A stretch of DNA of 64,000 nt from an uncultured Fibrobacterota bacterium. Lineage in GTDB: Bacteria > Fibrobacterota > Chitinivibrionia > Chitinivibrionales > FEN-1185. Under the pieces are notes generated by a model, which did not search any database, was not told the origin of the DNA, and saw only the letters and a program-made list of their open reading frames with translations. This document shows positions 51,171-61,045 of this stretch, piece after piece. The stretch lies in contig CAVSQB010000028.1 in the NCBI GenBank assembly GCA_963729895.1, forward strand, positions 32,001 through 96,000, read 5' to 3'. The translations under genes and the position numbers were made by a program. Position 1 is the stretch's first letter. Each line of letters begins with the position of its first letter.

Positions 51171-51866
51171 ATGAAACACGCTGCCCGATCCCTCCGCATC
51201 ACGCTGCTTGGTTTGACGATCATATCGGCATTTGCCGTTATTCTGATCGGGTGCACGGAACGTGTTTTGGTCCGTACTGCTCCTCCTCCGCTTCCTTTTT
51301 ACGAGCAGCCCTATTGCCCCGGGCCGGGGTACCTGTGGGCGCCGGGTTATTGGGCGTACGGTTCTGATGGCTACTACTGGGTGCCGGGCATGTGGGAACT
51401 TGCGCCGGACGCAGGCCTGCTGTGGACCCCTGGGTACTGGGGTTGGGGAGACGGCGTTTACGTCTGGCACTCCGGTTATTGGGCCAGGCACGTGGGATTT
51501 TACGGCGGGATCAACTACGGGTATGGTTACTCGGGCGTGGGCTACGAAGGCGGCTATTGGAACAACAGGGTCTTCTATTACAATAGTGCCGTTACCAGGG
51601 TGAATGTCACGGTTGTAAATAACACTTACAGCAGGCCCGTTCTTGCCAAAGTTGCAGCCCCGGTCCCCGTCAGTTACAATGGCGGCGCTGGGGGGATAAA
51701 CGCCAGGCCCACGCAGCAGGAGTTGGTTGCAGCCCGCGAACCGCATATCGGCCCGACGGCAAATCAGAAGCGGCTCCATAAGGCGACCGCGCCGAAACCA
51801 CCCAAAAAGCATAGCGCCAAAAAACGCCGCGCCGAAAACCAGGAAAAAGCCGGACCGCGTCAATAG
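51171..51866 (+). CDS. YXWGXW-repeat lipoprotein
   Basis: Lipobox LIGC; APPPLP; YLWAPGYW, YYWVPGMW and LWTPGYWGW repeats; GAGG RBS. Confidence 0.85.
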   Translation: MKHAARSLRITLLGLTIISAFAVILIGCTERVLVRTAPPPLPFYEQPYCPGPGYLWAPGYWAYGSDGYYWVPGMWELAPDAGLLWTPGYWGWGDGVYVWHSGYWARHVGFYGGINYGYGYSGVGYEGGYWNNRVFYYNSAVTRVNVTVVNNTYSRPVLAKVAAPVPVSYNGGAGGINARPTQQELVAAREPHIGPTANQKRLHKATAPKPPKKHSAKKRRAENQEKAGPRQ

Positions 51867-51930
51867 GTGAGAGGCCGACCGCCGAGCACACCGACCCGGA
51901 AACGATTTCCCAACTCATGGTGAACGTGCA

Positions 51931-53817
51931 ATGAAACCGGTGGACAATCACTCGATCCTTCGGCATTTGACAAGGGGTCCGTATATCACGGCGATCTTGT
52001 TTTTTGCTTCCTGTTTCCTTTTCACACTTCTCTACCTCGACCCTCGCCTGATGTTCATCTTCAACGGCATGAACAAATATTCCTATGTCTTCGAATTCAG
52101 CAGGGAGTATGCCGGGGCAATCGCATTCGTGCCCGGAGGGTTTGCAAAACTCGCTGCGACACTTATTGTGGAGGCGAGCGAACATGGCTGGCTTGGCGCC
52201 GTTCTCCTTACACTCGTTGCAGGCGGACTGACGCTGGGGACGGCGGCGTTCGTCACCACCGTGCGCCGAAAGCCCCTTTTTGTCCTGCACTATGTTCCGG
52301 CGATTCTCTTTCTGGCCGTCCTTTCGCGGTACAGTATGCAGTACCTTCCAGGCATCCTGTCTATAGTGGGGTCAATCATACTCGCGCATGTCTACCAGTG
52401 CACTTGCGGAGAATCCGCAACGCGACGTTGTGCGCTGTTTTCCCTTCTTTTTCTTGTTTCCTATTATCTCTTCAGTTTTACCGCCGTCCTTTTCGGAGTG
52501 CTGGTGATCGTCCACGAGTTTCTTGTGCGGAAAAATAGAATGGTTTCGATCCTCTGCACGGCCGCGGTTCTGGCCGTTGTTCTGTTTTTGTCAAGGCTGC
52601 TCGTTTTTCCCTTCGACAGGGTCTTTAACTATGCATCGATAGTTGATTTCAAGCAGCTGTTGCCGTATCTCTTCCTTGCCGCTCCGCTTTCCGCATTGCT
52701 CGCCGGCCTCGGGATATTTTCGGCGGACGGTGTCCGGATAAGTGGGAAGAAATCGGAACATGGGCGCGTTGCCAAGCTCCTGGGCGTGGCGCGGGAAATT
52801 GTCGTGGTGCTGGCCCTTGCCGCGACCATGCTGTGGGCAACCCGCGACTGGACAACCAAGACCCTGCGGGAGCTTGGTTCGGCGCTCTACGATGACCGCA
52901 ATGCCGTATGGAATGATGTTCTCCAAAAGGAACACTCGTTTCTTTTTAAGAATTCTCCGAACTGGCAATCCCCTACCACTCTCTTGACGGCGCATGCGCT
53001 GTATCGTGCGTTATACCACACCGGCCGTCTCGGAACAAACATGTTTGATTTTCCCCAGATTGCAGACCCTGAGCCGCTTCTGCTGTGGAACAGTTCTTCA
53101 AGCAACTATGTCCCCGCCTGGGCAATGGCCCTAGAATCGGCCATGGACCTGGGCGCATTGAATTTTGCCGAGAAGACTGCAGGGGAGGCGATGGAGAACA
53201 TGGGGCCGCTTCCGTTCCTTCTGTTCCGCCGCACGCTTATCCAGGCGGCGAAAGGGAACGATGAGTGCGCCCATGTCTACCTTAACAAACTGAAACGAAT
53301 GCCGGGATACGGTTTACTCGCGCGGCGGTTCGGACGCGGCGCCGGCACGGCCGATCTTTCTGCGGACACCGGGGTCGTCCGTCTCCGTTCATGCATGGAC
53401 ACGGCCGATTATGTTTTCAGCCGGGTCAATGAAGAAACGGTGTTGTTGAATCTCCTTAAAAGCAATCCCCGCAACCGGATGGCCTTTGAATATCTGATGG
53501 CGTATTATCTTCTTTCCCGGCGGCCGGACATGGTTGCACGGAATCTGTATCGTCTGGACGATTTCGGCTATACGAAGATCCCGGTGCTCTACGAGGAGGC
53601 ATTGGAAATTTACCGCGAAAAAGACACGGTTGCGGATATCGTTCTTCCGAAGCTCACGCCAAGCCCTCTCACCGCGGTTCGGAGCGAGCGGTTTCTCCAG
53701 CTTATGCGGCTCTATGAAACCGGCGCGCCCGGCTCCCAGGCGGCGCTGATTGCCGAATTCGGTGCGAGCTATTTCTTCTTCTTTATCTTCAGGTATTCGG
53801 CCGGGGATCAATCATGA
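51931..53817 (+). CDS. DUF6057-like membrane protein
   Basis: TM N-half; RALYHTGRLG..MF.FPQ; NPRNRMAFEYLMAYYLL. Confidence 0.8.
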   Translation: MKPVDNHSILRHLTRGPYITAILFFASCFLFTLLYLDPRLMFIFNGMNKYSYVFEFSREYAGAIAFVPGGFAKLAATLIVEASEHGWLGAVLLTLVAGGLTLGTAAFVTTVRRKPLFVLHYVPAILFLAVLSRYSMQYLPGILSIVGSIILAHVYQCTCGESATRRCALFSLLFLVSYYLFSFTAVLFGVLVIVHEFLVRKNRMVSILCTAAVLAVVLFLSRLLVFPFDRVFNYASIVDFKQLLPYLFLAAPLSALLAGLGIFSADGVRISGKKSEHGRVAKLLGVAREIVVVLALAATMLWATRDWTTKTLRELGSALYDDRNAVWNDVLQKEHSFLFKNSPNWQSPTTLLTAHALYRALYHTGRLGTNMFDFPQIADPEPLLLWNSSSSNYVPAWAMALESAMDLGALNFAEKTAGEAMENMGPLPFLLFRRTLIQAAKGNDECAHVYLNKLKRMPGYGLLARRFGRGAGTADLSADTGVVRLRSCMDTADYVFSRVNEETVLLNLLKSNPRNRMAFEYLMAYYLLSRRPDMVARNLYRLDDFGYTKIPVLYEEALEIYREKDTVADIVLPKLTPSPLTAVRSERFLQLMRLYETGAPGSQAALIAEFGASYFFFFIFRYSAGDQS

Positions 53818-55343
53818 AGCAGGCGCATCTTCTTTTCTTCGGCTTCACCATCGCCTTGTGCCTTTCGGGGTGCGGCGGCTGTCCTGACTTTGCTGCGGTC
53901 CGCAGTGCAGCGGCGGCAGCGGACCGGACGCCTGTTCTCAAACCCGATTACGCGGATATCACGATTCCGCCGAATATCGGACCGCTTAACTTTGTCCTAC
54001 AAGAAACCGGCGCGCGCTACTTCACGCGCATCTCCGGAAAGAAGGGAAAACCGATCACGGTTTTTTCGGCGCATCCCGAAGTCCGTGTTCCACCCGGGCC
54101 GTGGCGCAGACTCTTGTTGAAGAACCAGGGCGATACGCTGTGCATCGACGTTTGCATCAGGCAATCGGACGGATCATGGCGCGGGTTTCGGACCGTAAAA
54201 AACGCCGTATCCGGCGACCGGACCGATCCCTATATCATGTACCGGACCTTGAGCGTCTTATATATCTATTCCCGGGACCTTTGCCTGTACCAACGGGACC
54301 TTGAAACGAACAGGGAATCCGAAATATTGAATGCGCTGAATTTTTTCCCGGGATGCTGCAACTGTCATACCTTCTGCGGCAATGATCCTTCCAGGGCAAT
54401 CTTCCATATCCGGACCCAGGACTTCGGCAATTCCGCCCTCGTCGTGACCGGCGGAACCGTAGGGAAAATACCGACAAAGTTCGGATACACATCGTGGCAC
54501 CCGAGCGGCAAACTCATTGTATACTCTGTCAACAAAGTGGACCAGTGTTTCCATGCCGCCTGGAAGGACCCGCGCGACGCATTCGATTTTAATTCCGGGC
54601 TCAAGGTGTACCGGGTGGATCGGCACAAAATCGTCACCGTGCCGCAGATTTATCGGGAATCCGCGCTGGAAACATGGCCGTGCTGGTCCGCCGATGGAAC
54701 ATGTCTCTATTTTTCGAGCGCCCCGCTCACGTGGAGCGATTTCAAGACGAACCCGCCCGAAAATCTGAAAAAAACACGTTACAGCCTGATGCGCGTCCCG
54801 TATGACCTGAACAGCGATTCCTGGGGCGCGGTCGACACGGTATTGTCGGCCGACGTCACCGGCAAGAGCATCACCCAGCCGCGCGTTTCGCCGGACGGCA
54901 AATTCATCGTGTTCTGCATGCATCCCTACGGGCCGTCGCCCTATCTGCAGCCGGGCAGCGATCTTTACATCATGGATATCGCGACCAGGATGTACGAGCC
55001 GCTGGCCGTGAACAGCGAATGGTCGGAGTCGTGGCACTCATGGTCGTCCAACAGCCGATGGCTTGCATTTACAAGCAAGAGGAACGGCGGCATCATGGGA
55101 AGGATTTATCTGTCCCATATCGATGCCCACGGCAAAGCTGCAAAGCCGTTCATCCTCCCGCAGAATGATCCGCGGTTCTACGATTCGTTCATCAAGGTGT
55201 ACAATATTCCCGAATTCGCCACATCCCGCTTCACCGTGCCGCAGAAAGCGCTGGTGTCTGCGATACGCTCCTACAAACATCTCGACGTCGATGTTCCGGC
55301 AATCACCGGAGCCACCCCGAGGGCACCGCCGAAACCGGAGTAA
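53814..55343 (+). CDS. TolB-like PD40 beta-propeller lipoprotein with CxxCH motif
   Basis: Lipobox LSGC; PDY..ITIPPNI.PLNF; CCNCH; WHPSGK, SPDGK and WSSNSRW repeats. Confidence 0.83.
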   Translation: MKQAHLLFFGFTIALCLSGCGGCPDFAAVRSAAAAADRTPVLKPDYADITIPPNIGPLNFVLQETGARYFTRISGKKGKPITVFSAHPEVRVPPGPWRRLLLKNQGDTLCIDVCIRQSDGSWRGFRTVKNAVSGDRTDPYIMYRTLSVLYIYSRDLCLYQRDLETNRESEILNALNFFPGCCNCHTFCGNDPSRAIFHIRTQDFGNSALVVTGGTVGKIPTKFGYTSWHPSGKLIVYSVNKVDQCFHAAWKDPRDAFDFNSGLKVYRVDRHKIVTVPQIYRESALETWPCWSADGTCLYFSSAPLTWSDFKTNPPENLKKTRYSLMRVPYDLNSDSWGAVDTVLSADVTGKSITQPRVSPDGKFIVFCMHPYGPSPYLQPGSDLYIMDIATRMYEPLAVNSEWSESWHSWSSNSRWLAFTSKRNGGIMGRIYLSHIDAHGKAAKPFILPQNDPRFYDSFIKVYNIPEFATSRFTVPQKALVSAIRSYKHLDVDVPAITGATPRAPPKPE

Positions 55344-55535
55344 GTTAGCCTCGCGACGAGTTTGCCGCACCTCATTTGAAAAGGGGAAGATCAAGTACAT
55401 GAAGAAGCGACTTTTGATTGACCCGGAGTGAAATGACTTGATTTTAGCGGGAAGGAAGAGGTAAATTTTTGGGCGGAGTGGCAGGCTCAGGCGCCATCGG
55501 GAATCTCAATGACCGTACTTCGGGAGATGAACTTC

Positions 55536-55880
55536 ATGATCGTTCCAATACCGTATGTCCACGTTGGAACCGGTCTGCTCTGCGCTCTTTTAGCTGTTCC
55601 ACTCATCCTCAAGAAAGTTCCCATGAACCGGGCCTATGGAATTCGGGTGCGGAAGGCGTTCGTCTCCCAGTACAATTGGTACGCGATCAACGCTTTCGGC
55701 GGGAAATTATTCCTTGGGTTCGGTCTGCTCCTTATTCTCTCGGGTTACCTCTCTCAAGGTAAGGCTCCGCCGCCCACCAGCATGTGGGCACCGGTGTTTT
55801 TGGCCGCACCTTTGGTCATCGCGTTCATCGTCATTGCCATCGCGCTCAATGTCTTTGCTCGTCGCTTGCCGGATCGATAG
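55536..55880 (+). CDS. SdpI/YfhL-family membrane protein
   Basis: PMNRAYGIRV...W..IN.FGGK. Confidence 0.75.
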   Translation: MIVPIPYVHVGTGLLCALLAVPLILKKVPMNRAYGIRVRKAFVSQYNWYAINAFGGKLFLGFGLLLILSGYLSQGKAPPPTSMWAPVFLAAPLVIAFIVIAIALNVFARRLPDR

Positions 55881-55958
55881 CCTCAATGGAAACTACGTCC
55901 TAAATCGAAATGCGCCGGCAGGCTGACCGCCTGTCGGCATTTGCAACAGGAGATTGGA

Positions 55959-56777
55959 ATGAGATTATGTGCCCGCAAGATTTGGTCTTTAATGCTCCTT
56001 GTGTTTTTATCAAGGTTCCTGATGGGATGCGCATCCACCCTCGCCGGTTACAACATAGTGGAAATTTCCGATGAAGCGGATGTGCAAGGATGCAAAAGAA
56101 TAGGCCTTGTTACCGGGAATACTTATTGGGGCGGGTTCTTGTCTCAAAATAGAAGTTTGGAATTGGCAAAAAAGAGAGCATTACAGCAGGCCAGGTCCAA
56201 AGGCGCAACACATGTTTTGTGGTTAAAAACGAACAAGGGAGTTTTTGGCGCTTCAGTTTCGGGAAGAGCCTTTGTTTGTTCGGAACGTGTAACCCCGATC
56301 GGCGAAAAGGCCGATACCGCATCAAGAATAATTCCTTTATCCAAATCTCTGGCGCCAAAGAAGGATAAGGCCTCGGGCTACGCAGCAGTTATGAGATTTG
56401 AATCTGCCGGTTTCGACAGCGGCATATCGATGGTTGTGACGGATATTTTCACAAATCAGATTCAAGCAAACGGAAAATACAGGGTCATGGAAAGATCTCA
56501 AATGAACAAGATATTAAGTGAACAGGGCTTTCAGGGCAGCGGCGCATGCAGCACCACGGAATGTGCGGTTGAAATAGGCCGGTTGTTGAGCATCGATAAC
56601 ATGTTTGTCGGCAGTATCGGCAAACTTGGCGAAAGCTGGGTTATCAACATCAGAATTATCAGTGTCAAAACGGGAGAGATTTTGGCGAATGTGTCAAAAC
56701 AGGTTGTGGGTAAGGTTGACAATTTGAGCTCTGCTGCAATTCAAATGGCAAATGAGTTTTCGCAAGAAAGCCGGTAG
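55959..56777 (+). CDS. Lipoprotein: DUF4156-like domain + CsgG/FlgO-like domain
   Basis: LMGC lipobox; C...G.V.G...GATHV...G.AF.C; VMERSQM..IL.EQ..C....C.VEIG. Confidence 0.72.
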   Translation: MRLCARKIWSLMLLVFLSRFLMGCASTLAGYNIVEISDEADVQGCKRIGLVTGNTYWGGFLSQNRSLELAKKRALQQARSKGATHVLWLKTNKGVFGASVSGRAFVCSERVTPIGEKADTASRIIPLSKSLAPKKDKASGYAAVMRFESAGFDSGISMVVTDIFTNQIQANGKYRVMERSQMNKILSEQGFQGSGACSTTECAVEIGRLLSIDNMFVGSIGKLGESWVINIRIISVKTGEILANVSKQVVGKVDNLSSAAIQMANEFSQESR

Positions 56778-57087
56778 ACAAAATCAGTCTTGGTGCACTA
56801 CGTGTGAAAGCGATGGTTTCCAGAGTTCTGAACCGGAATGCAACGACGATAAAGAAGTTTTTGAGCCACGAAGTCTTATTGAAAGTGAGAATTGTTTTCG
56901 CATATTCGAAAAGGGCAGGTAAATAGAGCGATAATCTGTCTTGCAACCCGTGACCGACTGACTGCTGGCTTAATATTTGCGTTATTTCACTTCAAGTCAT
57001 CTGACCTCCGGCGAATGCCGGAAAGGTCGTTCATCGAAGACCGGGAGTAGATTCCGGTGACCTTTTCAAGAAGGGGGATTTTCTTCT

Positions 57088-57261
57088 ATGAATAAGAAAT
57101 CGAAAAAGCCGCTTCACAAAAAATCAAAGAACACCGTAAGCAAAGGTTCCAAGCTTTCCTGCAGGGAATGCGGATTGCAGGTCAGGGTCGTTGATGATTG
57201 CAATTGCGCCACCCCGTGCGACCTGACGTGCTGCGGAGAGCAGATGATTGTTTCGTGCTGA
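57088..57261 (+). CDS. 57-aa Cys-rich metal-binding protein (metallothionein/desulforedoxin-like); absent from the ORF track
   Basis: MNKKSKKPLHKKSKNTVSKGSKLSCRECGLQVRVVDDCNCATPCDLTCCGEQMIVSC; AAGGGGG RBS. Confidence 0.75.
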   Translation: MNKKSKKPLHKKSKNTVSKGSKLSCRECGLQVRVVDDCNCATPCDLTCCGEQMIVSC

Positions 57262-57552
57262 TACGATTTTGAAAGAAAAGCTTTCAGCCTTTGTGCGGGC
57301 CGTGACGTAAAAGTAACGAGCGTTGCTGGTGCATATAGGGAATATTCACGGTACTTAACGAATCGGGCGATACGCTTTATTCAGGACGCAGCATAGAAAA
57401 CCCATTTTTGATGGGCGTCAAGTTTGCCACTGCCGGGCATGCGCCACTTGGTGATTGGAACATTGGACAACAATCTGAGATTCGGATTCACGCTCAAACG
57501 TGTTTTCTGTTTTCCGTATCCCTGGTTCTGAAACACGCAACAGGAGGCGCTT

Positions 57553-58206
57553 ATGAAACACTGCGTTCCGGAAAGCGGCAAATTCATCGGCATTCTGGTT
57601 ATGGTTCTTTTGCTGGCGGCAAAGAATGACTGGGCCACGACCCATGTAATTCAGTTCGGGGGAAGTCTGGGATTTGTGTATTCGCCCAAGGACTTTTCCG
57701 CCACTGTGGGGGACACGGTGGAGTGGGAAGGCGATTTCAGCGTGCACCCGCTCAGCTCAACAACAATTCCGGCAAACGCCCCGAGCTGGCATAATACGTC
57801 GGGAACGTCGTTCGAATATGTTATTACCGTTCCCGGAAATTACAATTACCAATGCGATGTTCACTTTAGCATCGGCATGGTCGGCTCCTTTGAGGTGAGC
57901 GCGGCGGCGGTGCGGCAGGTACCGCTCTCGGCAAATGCAGGGAATCCGAATCAGGTGGTGTTTGTCGATGCAACCGCGTCGGGAAATTCTGTTTCATTTT
58001 TTGTTCCTTCCACCCAATTCGTGACGCTTGAGGTCTTTGATCTTCTGGGACGCAGAATAGAAACACTTGTCAACCAAACAAAAGAGCCCGGCACGTATAC
58101 AAGTGTTCTGAAAGCCGGAATTCCCGCTCACGGCCTTTATTTCGCACGGCTTGCCGGAAACGGCAGTGAGGAAATCAGGACGCTAAAGGACCTAAATCGG
58201 CAGTAA
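57553..58206 (+). CDS. Secreted plastocyanin/cupredoxin with CTD
   Basis: VGDTVEW...H...PGNYNYQCDVH..GMVG type-1 Cu ligands; VFDLLGRRI...GLYFARL. Confidence 0.85.
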   Translation: MKHCVPESGKFIGILVMVLLLAAKNDWATTHVIQFGGSLGFVYSPKDFSATVGDTVEWEGDFSVHPLSSTTIPANAPSWHNTSGTSFEYVITVPGNYNYQCDVHFSIGMVGSFEVSAAAVRQVPLSANAGNPNQVVFVDATASGNSVSFFVPSTQFVTLEVFDLLGRRIETLVNQTKEPGTYTSVLKAGIPAHGLYFARLAGNGSEEIRTLKDLNRQ

Positions 58207-58232
58207 TCCGCAAGTCCGTTTTTGCAACACAC

Positions 58233-58277
58233 CGTACGAAAAGGCCCCTTCCTTTAAGGATGGGGCCTTTTCGTACG
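58233..58277. terminator. Terminator hairpin (symmetric)
   Basis: CGTACGAAAAGGCCCC...GGGGCCTTTTCGTACG. Confidence 0.8.
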
Positions 58278-58495
58278 CCTCGACGCGGAGGCAATCTCTC
58301 CATTTCCGGCGGTTCCTCTCAAAATCCATATCGGCTTGAGGTGATCAAATTATTTTGTTACCAGTGTAAACTGGTCCCTTTGGCCCTTATCGAGTATCTG
58401 CAGCGTTGTTCAATGCTGGGTGAGGTGCCGGGTTCTCTACGTAAAGTCCACCCTGCACCTCCCGGGAAGACAAACCATCAACAAAGGCGGTTGCC

Positions 58496-59407
58496 GTGAA
58501 AAAGACGAAGTGCTGTTTTCTTGCAATGCTGGTGCTGGCTGGTGAGGTTTTCTCCGCCAATTCCGGGGCGGCAAAGCGGCTGCAGGCGGAAGCAAACGGT
58601 ATTATTATCACCACGAGCGTTCCCGACACATTTTACGCGGACTCGTTCTACACGATTCCTCTGACGGCAACGTACAGCGGCAACGGCACCCTGGCCTGGA
58701 CTATACTTAAAGAACCTGCCAATATGCAGGAAATGTTTGACACCCTTGTATGGTCGCCGACGCTGGCAAACGTCGGCAAAGATACGATTGTACTTTCCGT
58801 TTCAGACGGATCGGTGAGCGACACGCTGAAGCAACCGATACAGGTACTGGCGGCGCCGACCCTGGCGATTTCCGCAGTATTCCCAGATACATTCTATGTG
58901 GACTCACTCTATTCAATACATCTGACTGCGACGCACGCGGGGAGTGCCAAGTTAACCTGGACCATATTGAAAAAGCCTTCCGGTATGCAGGACATTTCCA
59001 ATACCCTCATCTGGGCCCCCGGTGAATCAGACATCGGCAACGACACAATCATAATTTCCGTTTCAAACGATTCGACAAGCGACACATTGATCAAGCCCAT
59101 CGTGGTGGCATCAACAGCCGTCATCGTGGCAAATCTTAAGGACAACCCCGAGCCGATGATCTTGAGCGCACGGGTCACGCGAAGAAACGGCTCCATCGAC
59201 TTGCTTGTGGGCGTTCCGAGGGAGGGAAATCCGAATTGGGAAATAGGCCTCTATGATCTATCGGGCAAAGCGGTTTACAAGGAGCTGCTCTCGGGATGCG
59301 GATATCACCGGGTTTCTCTTGCTTCCGGCGAATTCAAGAGAGGTTTTTACATAATAAGGGTTTCCAACGGTTCAGAAGCACTAGCGAGAAAAGCCTTCTT
59401 TATGTAA
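58496..59407 (+). CDS. Secreted protein with two tandem Ig/cadherin-like domains and CTD
   Basis: PDTFY.DS.Y.I.LTAT...WTILK.P..MQ...TL.W.P twice; LYDLSGK...GFYIIRV. Confidence 0.8.
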   Translation: MKKTKCCFLAMLVLAGEVFSANSGAAKRLQAEANGIIITTSVPDTFYADSFYTIPLTATYSGNGTLAWTILKEPANMQEMFDTLVWSPTLANVGKDTIVLSVSDGSVSDTLKQPIQVLAAPTLAISAVFPDTFYVDSLYSIHLTATHAGSAKLTWTILKKPSGMQDISNTLIWAPGESDIGNDTIIISVSNDSTSDTLIKPIVVASTAVIVANLKDNPEPMILSARVTRRNGSIDLLVGVPREGNPNWEIGLYDLSGKAVYKELLSGCGYHRVSLASGEFKRGFYIIRVSNGSEALARKAFFM

Positions 59408-59480
59408 CCGGATTATTACCACGTGCCGGCGTGCGCGAGTGACAACAAACCCTAAGACCGTGTGCGGGATCTGAGGTCTA

Positions 59481-60611
59481 GTGGTACCTGTTCTTAACCT
59501 ATCCCCAATTTTTGCCGCGGCAGTCTTGTTTTGCGCGATTGGAGCGCACGCCGGACATCCCGTTGCCGTTCTTGACATCCAGGGTGACCAACTCAAGCCA
59601 TCCGATCGCATCACCTTGACCGATTATATCACCACTGAGGTGGGGAACATTCCCGGCTATCGCGTCATCGCTCGGAATGCAGTGGCCAAAGCGCTTGAAC
59701 TGCGGGGAAGCGGCGCGCTTGAGTGCGACGATGAAAAATGCTTTGCCGACCTGGGCGGCGCGTTGGGAGCGGAATACCTTGTAACCGGCGAAATCGGAAT
59801 GCTCAACGGAAACTATGTCTGCAACTTCAGGCTTATCGACGTCAAAAAAGGTTCGACGCGCGCTCGGGTGTCGGAGTCGATTGAAGGGTACCTCGGCGAA
59901 TTGACAGACAGGATCCCGGCCATGGTGCGTCACCTTCTTTCCACGCTCCACAGCGCGGCGACCATCGGCGATTATTCCGAAGTCGTGAGATTCCTAACGG
60001 CAGGCGCCGATGTGAATGAAAAGGACGGCGCCGGCTGGACTCCCCTGCACTGCGCGGCATTTTACGGTTACTACCCGGATGAAGTGCAAAAGGCGATCTA
60101 CTACGGCACGGCCAAAGAAGCAAGCAACGCTCTGAATGATCTCGGCGCCGGCGAAAGGCCCCAAGGTACGGCGGATGTGGTGGATGTCCTGTTGAAAAAC
60201 GGCGCCGACGTGAACGCCAGAGACACGCTTGGCGAAACGCCGCTGTTTCTTGCGGCCCGGAAAGGTTTTGAAACCATAGTAAAATCTTTGCTTGACCATG
60301 GCGCAGACGCGAACGCAAAGACCAGGCGCGGCTGCACGCCGCTTCATGCGGCCGCAGACTCCGGTCTGGCGGAAATTGTCGCATTACTGCTGGCGCGTGG
60401 CGCGGTTGCGGACGCAAAGGACCAAAGCGGTTTGACGCCGCTCTTTTATGCCGTTTGCAAAGGCCACACGAAGGCGGCCGAAATTCTTTTGAAAAAAGGC
60501 ACGCAGGTAAATGCGAAAGACAACCTCGGTCAGACGCCTTTGCACAAGGCTTTGGCCGTCGGAAAGCAGGACATGGTGAGGCTCCTCAAGCAGTATGGAG
60601 CAACAGAGTGA
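59481..60611 (+). CDS. CsgG/DUF2380-like domain + ankyrin repeats
   Basis: VAVLDI...C...C.ADLG..LGA; several GADVN..D..G.TPLH repeats. Confidence 0.85.
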   Translation: MVPVLNLSPIFAAAVLFCAIGAHAGHPVAVLDIQGDQLKPSDRITLTDYITTEVGNIPGYRVIARNAVAKALELRGSGALECDDEKCFADLGGALGAEYLVTGEIGMLNGNYVCNFRLIDVKKGSTRARVSESIEGYLGELTDRIPAMVRHLLSTLHSAATIGDYSEVVRFLTAGADVNEKDGAGWTPLHCAAFYGYYPDEVQKAIYYGTAKEASNALNDLGAGERPQGTADVVDVLLKNGADVNARDTLGETPLFLAARKGFETIVKSLLDHGADANAKTRRGCTPLHAAADSGLAEIVALLLARGAVADAKDQSGLTPLFYAVCKGHTKAAEILLKKGTQVNAKDNLGQTPLHKALAVGKQDMVRLLKQYGATE

Positions 60612-60723
60612 TCCCTCGCACGGGCTTTCGACGCAAACAGGGCAAGTTTGTTACGTATCACGATAAGGGAAAGGCAAATGTGTCGGTTCCCACAACCTGG
60701 GGAAATTCCCCAAGGAGGGCCCA

Positions 60724-61032
60724 ATGATGAAATGGTATAATTTCATAGCGTGTTTCTTTGCAGGATCCTTTCTTGCAAACGTGGTTCCGCATTTTATCCA
60801 CGGTATTTCGGGTTCGCCTTTTCCCTCTCCTTTTGCAAATCCTCCGGGCAAAGGAATGTCCTCTCCGACGGTCAATGTTCTGTGGGCATTGGCCAACCTC
60901 GTGATAGGGTATTTTTTGTTCAGGGCGGGGAAGATAGCGCCGGACAAGAAATGGAACCTTCTTGTATTCTTTGCCGGGATTCTGTTCGTCAGCGTGATGT
61001 TGAGTTTTGCGTTTGCAAACGTTCCCCGCTAG
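60724..61032 (+). CDS. Small membrane protein
   Basis: FLAN..PHF..G.SG..FP.PFA.PPG.G.SS..VN.LW; three TM segments; GGAGG RBS. Confidence 0.75.
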   Translation: MMKWYNFIACFFAGSFLANVVPHFIHGISGSPFPSPFANPPGKGMSSPTVNVLWALANLVIGYFLFRAGKIAPDKKWNLLVFFAGILFVSVMLSFAFANVPR

Positions 61033-61045
61033 ATGCCGGGTAAGT

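Noticed and set aside
55536..55880. SdpI as part of a toxin-immunity locus
   Set aside because: No SdpC-like toxin or SdpR regulator adjacent
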